Source: Corallochytrium limacisporum Hawaii
Lineage: Eukaryota > Protista > Pluriformea
DNA: 64,000 nucleotides
Assembly: GCA_002811645.1 (NCBI GenBank)
Contig: PDIP01000034.1
Span: 117,216-181,215 of the forward strand
Reading direction: 5' to 3'
The notes beneath the pieces were generated by a model. The model was not told the DNA's origin and ran no database searches. It saw only the letters and a program-made list of their open reading frames with translations. The position numbers were made by a program, and so were the translations under genes. Below, piece after piece: positions 12,433 to 23,484 of this stretch. Position 1 is the first letter of the stretch; each line of letters opens with the position of its first letter.

Positions 12433-12861
12433 ATGGAGATCGAAGGACCGGTAGAGTGCGGCGTACGGACTTGGCAGCGGGTCCTGGCACCTGCGAATTC
12501 TGCAGCGCCCGTAAATGTGTTAGTCCAGGAGTTTCGGGATAGGGTGAATGTCACCATTACAAGTGTTGGAAGAGTCGGAACTATTGTCTCGATTAAGAGC
12601 GTCAAAGCAGAGGACGAGGACGGGTCCGCCCAAGAGCACCTGCAGTCTAAGATTGTGTTTGGCGCTGCCCGCTCGGAATACACAGAAGTTTTCGCAGTGG
12701 CCGTCGCGAAGGCTCTGCATGACCGCAGTAAATCCACAGGAAGGTCCTCCGTTGGGGCGCCCACCAAAGCTGTGCTTGTGAGTTTGGGCCTCAAGGAGGA
12801 GACTGAAGAATCGCTGATGAGCTTGCTGAAGGATTTGCGCCCGTTGGTCGCAGAAATTTGA
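12433..12861 (+). CDS. PSMG3: Proteasome assembly chaperone 3-like protein
   Basis: 142 aa. The pattern FRDRVNVTITSVGRVGT, KIVFGA...EVFA and VLVSLGLK resembles PAC3/PSMG3. Confidence 0.65.
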   Translation: MEIEGPVECGVRTWQRVLAPANSAAPVNVLVQEFRDRVNVTITSVGRVGTIVSIKSVKAEDEDGSAQEHLQSKIVFGAARSEYTEVFAVAVAKALHDRSKSTGRSSVGAPTKAVLVSLGLKEETEESLMSLLKDLRPLVAEI

Positions 12862-14494
12862 AGCTAGAAATCAGAGCGTAAACAAACTTTCCATTCATGA
12901 CAGACACGCGATACCATCGTTGAGTATCTGGTAAAGAATCCTCTCATTGTTCATCACTTTCCATCATCAACATCATCAACTCGTATTCCATCGTATCATC
13001 CGCACGCGACCTAACTAGAGTCCCGCGATACCAAGAGTGCCTAGAAATAATGGACTCTTAAACAATCTCATATTCTTGATTCATTCCTTTTTATTTAAAG
13101 CTACTTGTACATTTTAGTAACTAGTCATCGAGTATCGGTACATTCACTACTGCTTATCCCCGTCGTCGCTATGGGCCGCTCACGGCCCGGATGCGGTTCC
13201 GTCCGAGGGAGATGGAAGAGGGGAGGGAGGGGGAGATTTTCCTCTGCGGTGGTGGCTTGTGTTGGTCGGTACCCGGCGAACCCAGCATCTCAGAAGGTTT
13301 TTGCTACTCGTAGTTGTGATCTCGGTGAGCCACGTGCCCAATTGTACAAAACATGGTTCAAATGTTCGCATACATTATTTATCTGATGCGATGCTCACCG
13401 TATCTGGTGGGGGATTGGGACCATACAGAGTAAGGTAGCATCGATGAATTTGTCCGAGGGTGGGGGACCCAAGATGAAGCCACCGCAAGTTTTTCCCGCA
13501 TTGCGCAGAGTCATTTTTAAAGACTCAGTATATACATATCTATCTATAAATTAGATATTTTGACGATGATTTTATATTCCGTATATGAAATTTTCCAGGC
13601 CAGGCCAATGGCAAACGCATAAGTTTAGTCCCTTTTTCCCAAACCGGGAATCACGGACTGAGAACATTCAACGTCAACCGGACTCGGTACCAGCAATGAA
13701 TGACCATATCTTGGCTACTGCCGTCAGCGATTGCACAACTCCAGGTCCCAAAAACCCATTTCGCTGCGCCACCGCCCTCCTCGCGGCCTAGGAGTACACA
13801 GAGTCAGATCGCGCAAGAAAAAGGCGAAAGAAAAAAGAAGAAGAAAGGAAAGACAGTGTATTCAATACTGTGTCTGCACCCCCAAAGTGATGGAGAGCGG
13901 CGAGATCCTAACAACCCTCCTTTCCTCGGGCAGTCTGTTGCACTGGCACCTGCACAGCTGGGCCGGTGATGAAAACATCGACACGAATGGAAAATTTGTT
14001 TGCACTGGCTGCGCAAATGGTCCCAACCCAAACCCCTCCGTTCTCTCCTCTGCCTCCCGTCTTTGCTGCGCTGTAAAGGCATCAACGAAAAAACGCAAGA
14101 AAGAAAGAAAAAAACAGAAAAGGGTTCTCATATTTTTCCTATTGTTTCCTTACCCTTTTATCGCTTTCGTATCTCTCTTCTTTCTCTGCACTGCTCCCCT
14201 CCCTCTCCACCACGTCTTGCCCCAGGGCCCTCACTCCTTCACACCCCCGCAATCAACCACACCCACGGCCATTTACAGTCCACTCAGAAAACGCACGGTA
14301 AAAAAAAAAAAGAAAAAAAGAAAGAAAAAAATTTGATCCCAACCCCTTCCGGGGTGATTGGCATGAGAATCAATTTCAACTCCTCTTTTACTGTTTCTCC
14401 GTTTTATCCTCCGAAAAAAAAAAACAAAGAAAAATGTCTACGCGGTCTTATCAATTCACACACTTCCTCCCCCACGTTCCACAGTTCCCCGAGG

Positions 14495-14499
<5 letters not shown>

Positions 14500-14561
<62 letters not shown>
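14500..14561. repeat. (GT)n microsatellite, about 30 units
   Basis: Perfect dinucleotide run. Confidence 0.98.
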
Positions 14562-14562
<1 letters not shown>

Positions 14563-16059
14563 CGTCTCACACGGCACCTTTGAGTTCTCATGCCCAAAAG
14601 ACTCGCCCCGCCAAATTCCGTTGTTGCCTTGCTGTCCGCCATGAATTTCCCTCCTCTCCCTCCCCCGTCTTTCCCTTCCCATACTCCTGAGCGCGTTAAC
14701 GTGTTTGGGAGGGGAGAGTGTGGAAATCATCACCGTGTTCACTCTCCCGGTGATTATTCAATTTCTATTTTTTTTTGGGTCCCTTGGGTCTCTCTCCCTT
14801 TTCAAGTGTCTTTTCCGTTGGGAGCTCCGGGAAACTTTAGTTTCGGTCTCTCTCCCTCCGTCAAACGACGCACAAGCGTCTCTCACCCCGCGCGAAAATT
14901 CTCGAGTGCAACCAATACCAAGTGTCTCCACCAAGGCCACTGAAGGTGGAGAGGGGGGGTGGCCAAGGGGGAGGGAGGGGGCGAGAGGGAGGGGGAGGCA
15001 GGGAAAGGGGAAGGGAGAGCGGGAAGTGCGTTCGAGATGAGATGGTCCTTTCCTTTTTTTCGTTCTTCGGAGGAAAGGATCAGCGGCGAAAGGGTACCCA
15101 AGGACAAAAAAATTCCATAGAAATAGAACTGCAGCGGCGCACCTTGTGCATACTAAAAGACCGGCGCCTAGCCTCCCTCCCCCGGCCTCCTCCTCCTCGG
15201 AGGGTGAGTCTAAAAAAAAGGGCCCTACAGAATTTGAAGGAGGGCAGGGAGGGTTACTAAGACCTTTCCCTTCGCTTCCATCTACTCATGCCTTTGCCAG
15301 GAGCAAGAGGAACGCCAACCCCCGAAGGAAGCGAAAAAAAAAAATTGGGGGAAAAATGACACCGGAGGCGACCGGCTGTTCCCTTTCTTTCTTTTTTTCT
15401 TCTCCTCTTCACTGCTCCCACCGTTCTCCATCACTCCCTCTCTCTCACTCTCTCTCTCTCTCTCTCTCTGTGTTTCGCTCCCTTTTAATACGCACTGAAA
15501 CAGAGCAGCTCGGTCTGTCGCCGGGGTATGGATTAGGGGGGTTGTCGCGGGTGTCGAGGCCCCCAGGGACACGGGCGATCGGAAAAAAAAAGCCGGAGGC
15601 TTCTCCGAGTGACGATGAATACGAGATGTCAAGCACTCACCCGGTGTCGTTGGTTGAGCGCGATGGCTGTGGTGCGTGCGTGCGCATGTGTATGTGTGAC
15701 TGTGGAAGGCTGAAGTGTGCCCTATCGCACCCTTTTCTAGGAACGGACCTCATGTGTTGGTCTGAGAACATATCGCTCTTCGAATTACGCTCATGTAATC
15801 GCTACAGCAATAGGCAGGTAGTTGAAAGGGACTTTAAGTATCGAGAAGCAGCCCATTTCTTGTTTCGAAGTAAGAGAGTGATTTAGACCGTGTTACACGA
15901 GAAAGACAGTTGGGCTGGTCATGTATCAAGAACACAAAACCACACACACAATGTATTCATAGTTACGGGACACGGGAGCTAGGTAATTATCGAAAGCACC
16001 AAACTTAACAACCGGGGGTACATAAACCCAACCGTATCCACTACAGACACCGGTCAATA

Positions 16060-17859
16060 ATGGCGGACAATTACACAGAGCATGCAGCTGTGGTCGGCGG
16101 TCTCGACGCTACGAATGGCTACATCCCAAAAATGGATGAACTCACACGCGTCCGCCTGCAGGGGAATCGGTTCATGAGCGATGCGGAAGCCCAGGCCCTG
16201 TACGCCACCCTGACCACCGAATTGGAAGCAGAGGAAGAGGAGGAAGCGTACGTCGACCCCGCCACCCTTACCTGGCGGCAACGGATATACAAAACTCTGG
16301 ACGACCCGGACTTCAGTCCACTGGCCTATAAACTTGCAGTCTGGGATATTATTTTGATCGTGTGCGCGACCACGACCTTCATGCTGGAAACCATTCCGAA
16401 CATCGGGGGGGTGGCGGTATTCTTTATAATCGAAACCTTCGTGATAGCGAATTTCACGTTTTTCTTTCTGGCCAGGTTATTTACAGCACCGAGTCAGAAG
16501 ATATTCTGGAGCAAGTTCAGCAATATCATTGATTTCATTGCTATCCTGCCGTACTACATTGAAGTTATTGTGGCCGGGTCAGACGTATTCAACGACACAG
16601 GGAGTGGTATCTCCGGTTTGGCGTCCCTGCGTATCATTCGGTTAGCGCGGATATTCCGGCTCTTCAAGTTTGGACGGTTCACCGTCGGATTCGCCCTTGT
16701 GGGAAAAGCAGTAATGCGATCCAAGGATGGGTTCTACCTGTTGGGATTCATCCTTATACTGATGCTTATTTTCTGGAGCAGCATGATGTACTATCTGGAG
16801 AATTTGAGCGCCAATTACATTGACGGCTACTACTACTATTCAGACGATGGTGAAAGGACTCCCTTTCAGAGCATTCCTGGCACCTTCTGGTGGTGCATTG
16901 TCACGCTCACCACAGTAGGTTATGGTGATGAGGTCCCGATCACTGCCCAGGGGCGCTTCGTGGCCTCCCTTACCATGATTTGTGCGTTGATTTTCCTGTC
17001 CTTCCCCATCACCATCCTGGGTATCAATTTTGGAGATGTTTACACGGAACAGAAGATCAAGGATCGCAAGGAGAATGTAAAGAAACTTAAGCGACTTTTG
17101 GACGGTCGCAGCGCCGCGGACTCGACGGGAGACGTCACGGCGACCGCTTCCATTGGACCAAGCGGGGAGGAGGACGGAGAGCCAAGCAGGATGGCGGCGG
17201 ACAGCACCACTCCCGCACTACGCCCACCGGATTCAAACGCTGTCACTGGGAGTCGCAGCGGCTCCAATACCCCACGTGGCTATTTCGGACGCAGAGGAAG
17301 GCATGCCACTTCCCCGGCCCGCATGACCAAAGAGGAGCTGATGCAACTCATGCTCTACTACAAACGCGCGACCTTGGACCTGGCTCGGTCCATGGAGATG
17401 ATGCAGGAGCAGGTCCTTTTGGCCAACGGTGCCTATCGGGACCTGGCCCCCATCATGGAGGTCATGTACAGGAACCTGAGGGAGAGTGGTTCGGAGGAGG
17501 AAAAGAATGGGGACTCGCGACGTGAAATGTTTACAACAGACGAAGAGAACGGGTACTTCGGTGACCAGGGCCCTGGTGGCACTGGTAACAGCCGCGGTGG
17601 CCACCCGGGCCATGGCATCCATATCTTCCGCAACCTTGGTGGAGGTAGCAGCAGTAGCGCATGCGATGGAAGTGGCCTTGGAGCGGAGAAGGACCAAGAC
17701 GCGGCCTACTGCAGTAACAGCAGCCATCCGATCGACCACAGTGTCTCACAGTTGTCCCGCAGTTCGCACTCGAGCAACACTGTGTCACCTCCCGGCGTGC
17801 GCCTGCAGGGAGCACCGCCGGACCCATTCGGGGAACCGCCCCCATTTTCACCGAAATGA
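16060..17859 (+). CDS. Voltage-gated potassium channel (Kv, 6TM, Shaker superfamily-like) lacking a T1 domain
   Basis: S3 NIIDFIAILPYY, S4 LRIIRLARIFRLFKFGR, pore SIPGTFWWCIVTLTTVGYGD. Short N-terminus and long low-complexity C-terminal tail. Confidence 0.93.
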   Translation: MADNYTEHAAVVGGLDATNGYIPKMDELTRVRLQGNRFMSDAEAQALYATLTTELEAEEEEEAYVDPATLTWRQRIYKTLDDPDFSPLAYKLAVWDIILIVCATTTFMLETIPNIGGVAVFFIIETFVIANFTFFFLARLFTAPSQKIFWSKFSNIIDFIAILPYYIEVIVAGSDVFNDTGSGISGLASLRIIRLARIFRLFKFGRFTVGFALVGKAVMRSKDGFYLLGFILILMLIFWSSMMYYLENLSANYIDGYYYYSDDGERTPFQSIPGTFWWCIVTLTTVGYGDEVPITAQGRFVASLTMICALIFLSFPITILGINFGDVYTEQKIKDRKENVKKLKRLLDGRSAADSTGDVTATASIGPSGEEDGEPSRMAADSTTPALRPPDSNAVTGSRSGSNTPRGYFGRRGRHATSPARMTKEELMQLMLYYKRATLDLARSMEMMQEQVLLANGAYRDLAPIMEVMYRNLRESGSEEEKNGDSRREMFTTDEENGYFGDQGPGGTGNSRGGHPGHGIHIFRNLGGGSSSSACDGSGLGAEKDQDAAYCSNSSHPIDHSVSQLSRSSHSSNTVSPPGVRLQGAPPDPFGEPPPFSPK

Positions 17860-17992
17860 GAAAGGAAACTGCAAATGACCTGCTGTTCAATAGAGCATCA
17901 TTACGAACTATCATCATTACTGTTTTGCTTCAAGGATTGCGTTTGTTTGTTCAATATGTGTGGTGTGACACCAGAAATAAAGATCTTTGACC

Positions 17993-20900
17993 TCAGTCTG
18001 ACCCAAACATTGCGTCGACGCGGTCAAGAAGTATGGCCCGGTCTTCCCGCGCAATGTTAGGTGGCTCCGTTGTGCCGGTCTGCAATAGCGCTCGTAGTTG
18101 ATCTGCGGTATACCGCCGCCCACTGTGTTCAAGCCAGTCTTCGAACTGGCCGCGGTTAAGGTAGTACGCGCGAAGGTAGTCATCAACGTGCTCGCGATGG
18201 GTGCGGTCGAAGATTTCGGTTCTTTCACTTGCTCCGAAGCCAATATTAGTCCCCCCTATACAGGACAGGCGAGATTGCAGGTGCTCCCAATCGACTTGCT
18301 GCAGACCCCTACCCTCGGTCGTGACGCGTTCGACACAGCTGTATCCCTCAACGAGGGCGTCGGACAGTACTGTCTGCGTCGCAGCGAGGATCTGACGATA
18401 AACTTCTTGAGGAATATACTCAGCAGCCGTGTAGTCCGCGAGCCGCTGGAGGACAGGCTCCGCCTCAGCTAGGAATTCGTCTGTCCATGCGGACTGGTGC
18501 TCGGCCATGTCTCGCAGATCGTAGCGCGTAGCTGCAATGGTACTGATCAGGCGCGGGACAGAGAGCAGACTGCCAGCGTAGTTGGCGTATGCTTGGGTAC
18601 GCAAGGCTGGCAGGGCACGGACAAGAGCCAAGAATTTTGCCCCTGCTGCTCTGGTCCACATCATGCAGACGTCATTCCCATCACTCTGACTGCCATTTTC
18701 GTCTCGGGAGGTGCAGTCGTTGCCACAATGAGGAGAGACAGCGCGGAAGTGCTGCCCGTGACGATCGTTGAGCGCAAGGAACGGTGCCTGTTCATAGAAA
18801 CATTCTTCTGCAGTAGCGTTTGGCGTGTAGTCACCATTGTTAGTAGGGCCCTCCAGATATGAAAATGAAGGTGATGCGGTGATCCAAAGATCCTTCAGTG
18901 CGCGCTGCAGAGTCTCCGCCAGCGGCACAAGGTCCTGCGCAATCACTTCCAAACTATCAAGCGCTGTGGACCGTTCCCGCAGTCCGTAGCAATCCGTCGC
19001 AGCGTCCAGGACAATTGCGCTGCTGACTTGGTCCGGGTTCAGACGCATTTCGAACGGCAATGGAAAGCGTTCCAGAGTGCTTGACAAATTCTCGATCGAC
19101 CGGCGTACCTCCATGGTGTCCATGTCCATGGATTCAGCACCGCTTTCCAAATCCACCTCCATGGCTTGATGCTCGAGCAGCAGAAGCACATCAAAGAGGT
19201 CTGGATCCAAAGGACGATATGGGGTGACACTGAAGCGACGCATGGCATGTCGATTAAAAATAACGTGAGTGTGGGCTTCCATAAGGGTGACTTCTTCCTC
19301 TTTCCTGGTGCCCCTCTGCCACTGCTGTTGCCGCCGAGTCAGACTTGTTTTATCATGGGGGCTGCCAGCCGTATGAGAAAGACCCTCGAGGGCCGCAGTG
19401 TGCTCTGATGAAGTATCTTGGTATGCCCCGGATCCTTCAAATGCCTGGGTTTTCTTGTAAACCTCAGGGCGGTCGGTCGCCCATCCCTCGTCCCGTTCCA
19501 GGCACCGTTGCCGCAAGTGGGCACGCCGATTTCGGAGACCCTCAACTGTCGTGCGATGCCATGATGGTACCTTGTCTCCGAAGGGTCGACCAAAAAATGT
19601 CCACACGGCGAAAGTGTACTGCTCCAGCAGAGAGGTAGTGGCCTCAATCACCGGCCCAATGAGACAAGGCATTCTTGTCATTTGCTGTAGATTCGACTTG
19701 GCGTACCGCAGCAGAGCCATTGTGGACGGAGTGACCGGAGACAACTCATATGTGCGTGCCGACTGCCCGCGAAAGATATCACCAGTGTTTTCTTCAGTCG
19801 CGTGGAATGAGGTCGCAGCAGCACCTAACCCAAGTCCTCTGTCAACGTGGTTCGTGTTGAGGCCACCGTTTGAACGGGGCAGAAAGAGGTCCGGCCTGCA
19901 GCGAATAACCGATTGCAATCGTACACGATTGGGACACTGCTGAGCCACCAAAGTCTCAAAGAGTGATACAAAGGTCTTGGCGTCAATCCGAGGGCGCTCA
20001 AAGGCTTCGTCCATATGCTTCCGAGACTCCTCTATCGTATTGGCCTCTTTGACAATGCTCTCTGTTCCAGTCAAGGCTGTGATCTGCTCCAACAACCGCG
20101 GCATCCCCGGCCATGGCCCTGAGGGACAAGACTGCCAACTGTCAGCTTTGAGCATGGCATCCAAATTCTCAATTTGACGGTAAAAGACAAAGTCAACAAA
20201 CAGACCGCTCAGACGAGATACAGACGCACCCAAACGGTATTTGTGATCGTTGCGATTTTTGAAATCCCGGCTGAGGTCCTCCAAGTGAGTGAGGATGGAG
20301 ATCACCTGATACATTTCTGGCTCGATGTCCCATTCCTCTAGTGGAAGCACCCAGTCGCCGTTCTGCGGATCCGCGATTCCTTCGAGTTTGTTTCTGAGGG
20401 CTTTCTCCAGGAGAGTGCAGAGACATACGATGTAGGCATCCACAACGAGCCACACGGCGCTGTCTTCAGCGTTAAGAAACCTCACAAACTCTTCCAGGGT
20501 AGTACTAAGAACGGCAGGATTCTCCTCTAGTGGTTTTGGGTCCGGCCTTTCGTCCTCAGGATCACCGGTCATCTGCAGGCACAGTCCAAGATACCATCTA
20601 TCCAAAATGTATCGCTGACTGAGACTTACTCTCAGGGCATGCACACTTTCCATGCTCTGAACCGCCCGCAGTGTAAGCTGCCTCAGGCATGACTTGACGC
20701 GACCACTGCCTTGCTTCAGCAGACCATTTACGGCGTCGGAGTACCGTTCTGGCACATTGGGTAGACTGCTATCTCGTTGGCTGAGAGTCACTTCCGATGG
20801 CACTCCCATCAGAGGAGTGCCCCGGCCACCCGAGTGCAATACCACAATTTCTTGAAGATCTGCGGCAAGTGCAGCGGAAATGTGCCGGTACTGCAGCCGA

Positions 20901-21895
20901 ATGATCGGTTGGACCTCTTTGATCAGTGTAGAGATGGTAGTGATCCGTGGTGGCTCTATCCCAACTTCTTCCGACCCTTCCGAAACACCATTCTTGTTTT
21001 GCAAAACGTTGTGATGGTGCCGTCGCTCCAGCTGGTATAGCAACTTCAGCTGGACCACGTCACTGAACAACTTCGCATCGAAGATGGGCATTCTGGCCAT
21101 CTTGTGCATGGTGTGATTTAATCCATCATCGATGGCGGTCTGTAAATGGTAGAGCTCCGGCATCAGCGCCTGCGCTGCCACCAAATCACCGAGCTCCTGA
21201 TTTACCGTCTGACTCATTCTATCGCATAGGATGTGGGCCTCCATCGGACGGTCATTAGCTAAGAGTTCCATCGCGTCCCTACGCACTTTGCCCAAGGCCG
21301 ACAGTTTGCTCACGTACTTCTGCACGGCCATGAGGCGCTCCCGTCGCCTTGTCAGACCGACCAAACACAGGTGGGACTTGGTGGCCGTGGCGTCCAGGCT
21401 GCGCAGGGACCAACGGGTTTTCTTCACCTCTCGCAAGGCGTACTGGATCTGAGCAATGTCCTTACGTAGAGCATCCATGCGGCCCACGAAGGCACCGCTG
21501 CTGCCGTGTACTCGATTGCGGAAGAGTTTGTCGCATGCGCGCAAGTGGTCGAGCATCGGCGCCTCCCATTCTTCTGCCCTTTGACGAAGTCGCTTACGTG
21601 TATCATTCCCTGTCAAACTTAGACCCCTGTGCAGATCTTCTCCCTGGTTATTGTCGTCGTGTAACAGGTCGGCTACAATCCAAGGCAAACTTGGTTTGGG
21701 ACTACAGATGCCCTCTAGGATCATTCGCTCAATGTCCTCATTCCGGTGCCTACTGGTCTTCTGCTCATGCCAGGGTCCATTGGCTGCAGGTTTGTAGTAC
21801 ACCGGTGGTAAACTCTGCCTAGTCTGTATAGACTTTCCACCCCTTAAGCGTGTCCCATTTAACCCTTTGATAGGGTTTTCTTTATCAACGGCCAT
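17993..21895 (-). CDS. VPS50: Syndetin / VPS50 (EARP complex subunit)
   Basis: 1300-aa ORF with an N-terminal coiled coil (RRRERL..V) and C-terminal LVEGYS.V...TEGRGLQQVD and VDDYLRAYYL...WLEH..RYT.QL, matching the syndetin C-terminal domain as recalled. Confidence 0.82.
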   Translation of the reverse strand: MAVDKENPIKGLNGTRLRGGKSIQTRQSLPPVYYKPAANGPWHEQKTSRHRNEDIERMILEGICSPKPSLPWIVADLLHDDNNQGEDLHRGLSLTGNDTRKRLRQRAEEWEAPMLDHLRACDKLFRNRVHGSSGAFVGRMDALRKDIAQIQYALREVKKTRWSLRSLDATATKSHLCLVGLTRRRERLMAVQKYVSKLSALGKVRRDAMELLANDRPMEAHILCDRMSQTVNQELGDLVAAQALMPELYHLQTAIDDGLNHTMHKMARMPIFDAKLFSDVVQLKLLYQLERRHHHNVLQNKNGVSEGSEEVGIEPPRITTISTLIKEVQPIIRLQYRHISAALAADLQEIVVLHSGGRGTPLMGVPSEVTLSQRDSSLPNVPERYSDAVNGLLKQGSGRVKSCLRQLTLRAVQSMESVHALRVSLSQRYILDRWYLGLCLQMTGDPEDERPDPKPLEENPAVLSTTLEEFVRFLNAEDSAVWLVVDAYIVCLCTLLEKALRNKLEGIADPQNGDWVLPLEEWDIEPEMYQVISILTHLEDLSRDFKNRNDHKYRLGASVSRLSGLFVDFVFYRQIENLDAMLKADSWQSCPSGPWPGMPRLLEQITALTGTESIVKEANTIEESRKHMDEAFERPRIDAKTFVSLFETLVAQQCPNRVRLQSVIRCRPDLFLPRSNGGLNTNHVDRGLGLGAAATSFHATEENTGDIFRGQSARTYELSPVTPSTMALLRYAKSNLQQMTRMPCLIGPVIEATTSLLEQYTFAVWTFFGRPFGDKVPSWHRTTVEGLRNRRAHLRQRCLERDEGWATDRPEVYKKTQAFEGSGAYQDTSSEHTAALEGLSHTAGSPHDKTSLTRRQQQWQRGTRKEEEVTLMEAHTHVIFNRHAMRRFSVTPYRPLDPDLFDVLLLLEHQAMEVDLESGAESMDMDTMEVRRSIENLSSTLERFPLPFEMRLNPDQVSSAIVLDAATDCYGLRERSTALDSLEVIAQDLVPLAETLQRALKDLWITASPSFSYLEGPTNNGDYTPNATAEECFYEQAPFLALNDRHGQHFRAVSPHCGNDCTSRDENGSQSDGNDVCMMWTRAAGAKFLALVRALPALRTQAYANYAGSLLSVPRLISTIAATRYDLRDMAEHQSAWTDEFLAEAEPVLQRLADYTAAEYIPQEVYRQILAATQTVLSDALVEGYSCVERVTTEGRGLQQVDWEHLQSRLSCIGGTNIGFGASERTEIFDRTHREHVDDYLRAYYLNRGQFEDWLEHSGRRYTADQLRALLQTGTTEPPNIAREDRAILLDRVDAMFGSD

Positions 21896-22697
21896 GTTGC
21901 CTACTATGTGGGATGCATTGCTTAGCCATTGCTAGTGGTCACAACCAGATGGATTCGTATCATTTTAATCAAAACTGAAACCTCTTCGTTGAGTCAATAT
22001 TTCTACCCCTTGTCTCATGGGCAATACGTTTGCCGATGAGGCCCAAAAATACCTACTGCCCCGCAGATACTATCCTCGGCTGAAGAAGCCCCCTCCCCAT
22101 CCCGACGCGCAAGGCGCGTTTCTTAGTGTTTGGCGCCCCTAGGCCCTTTCCCCGTTCCCTCTCACTGGAAGTGACCTAGGGGGTTTGGGAGGAAGGGGGA
22201 GGAGGTGAGACGGGAAGGGGCCGTTCACTAGGCCGCATACCAACCCTCCGTGCGCAAGCAGAGCTCCCCAGTCCTCCCCTCTCTACGGGCAAACAAATAG
22301 GCCCCCGACCAGTTAAGCGCTCTCCTTTATTGGGGGGGGTTATGGCTCCCTAATCTGAGGAAAACCACGTGCTGGGTCTCCCTTAGACGACAACGGTCCA
22401 CCTGTTAGCCCGTTGGAATAGAAGCCCACAAACCACGGCAAAGGTAGAGGCACCCTTAACAATCTTTATCTGTCAGATTGTATACTATGGCAGCTATTTC
22501 AACTAGAATATAATAAACTTCACTACTTCAGATAAACCCAGGATACGTGGGAATGGTATGTGGCTAAGAATAAGAACCTGTGACAAGTCTCAAGATCCCT
22601 GGCAATCCCCTTTGGTGGAGAATGTGTGAGATCTAACCTCGTACGAATGATTTTAAACATTGGTCTATTGGTAATATAGGTAAGAATCTCTGAATTC

Positions 22698-23396
22698 ATG
22701 TTGCTGTCATCCATGACATCAAAATGCCGGTATTTTGCAGCACCAGTCGCCGCTGCAAACCGTGCAACCACCTTGTCCCTCGGGCTACGATATCTGAGCA
22801 CCGGAACTCAGGCCCTGCGGCGTAAGGTTCCTTCCTACAATATGGCTCTCAACGGTGAATCACGGAATGCGGACGGATCGGTTAAGAGCATTGTAGACAA
22901 GGCTATTGTTTCGCAACATACGGGCGCTGAGGTCGAGGAAGTGCTGGAAGGCCTACCAAACCGCGAAAAGATCCTTACAGAAAAGAAATACCGTACAGCA
23001 GTAGGTCTAGATTATGGCCCCGTGTGGCAGAGCGTAAAGATCAGAAATGGCACAGTTATGCGTAAGCGTCGTTCCATTGCCAAGTTGGTCGGAAATGAAG
23101 AATTGCTCCCTTCGGGCTGGCAGCCCCCAAAGGGAGTCACTGACACGGACTTGCCTTACTTTGTTGAGCGCTCAAAGTACAACCAACTCCCGGTCTACAC
23201 GGACTACAAGGCTGGTGGGGCGCTGAAGCTCACGGAAGTACGGCATATTGCTGGTGACATCCACCGCTTGAAGAGTGATCTGTTGGCCTTTCTAAACTTG
23301 GACGACCGGAATGCGGCCATCCGCTATGGACGCATCATTTTCAAGGGCGTGCACTTGCACGCTATTCGCAAGTTCCTGATCGACAAGGGATTTTGA
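22698..23396 (+). CDS. MRPL49: Mitochondrial large ribosomal subunit protein mL49 (Img2)
   Basis: Arg/Ser-rich presequence, LPYFVERSKYNQLPVYTDYKAGG, T.VRHIAGDI and C-terminal FLIDKGF. Confidence 0.88.
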   Translation: MLLSSMTSKCRYFAAPVAAANRATTLSLGLRYLSTGTQALRRKVPSYNMALNGESRNADGSVKSIVDKAIVSQHTGAEVEEVLEGLPNREKILTEKKYRTAVGLDYGPVWQSVKIRNGTVMRKRRSIAKLVGNEELLPSGWQPPKGVTDTDLPYFVERSKYNQLPVYTDYKAGGALKLTEVRHIAGDIHRLKSDLLAFLNLDDRNAAIRYGRIIFKGVHLHAIRKFLIDKGF

Positions 23397-23484
23397 ATGG
23401 TAGCAACAAAAGTACTGAAATCAAAGAAAATTGTAGTAGAAGATAGCTATAATGTGATAGTTCTTTACAAATGTCACGTGGTTC

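Noticed and set aside
12900-16000. ORFs up to 246 aa upstream of the Kv channel
   Set aside because: Derived from (GT)n, (CT)n and poly-A tracts.
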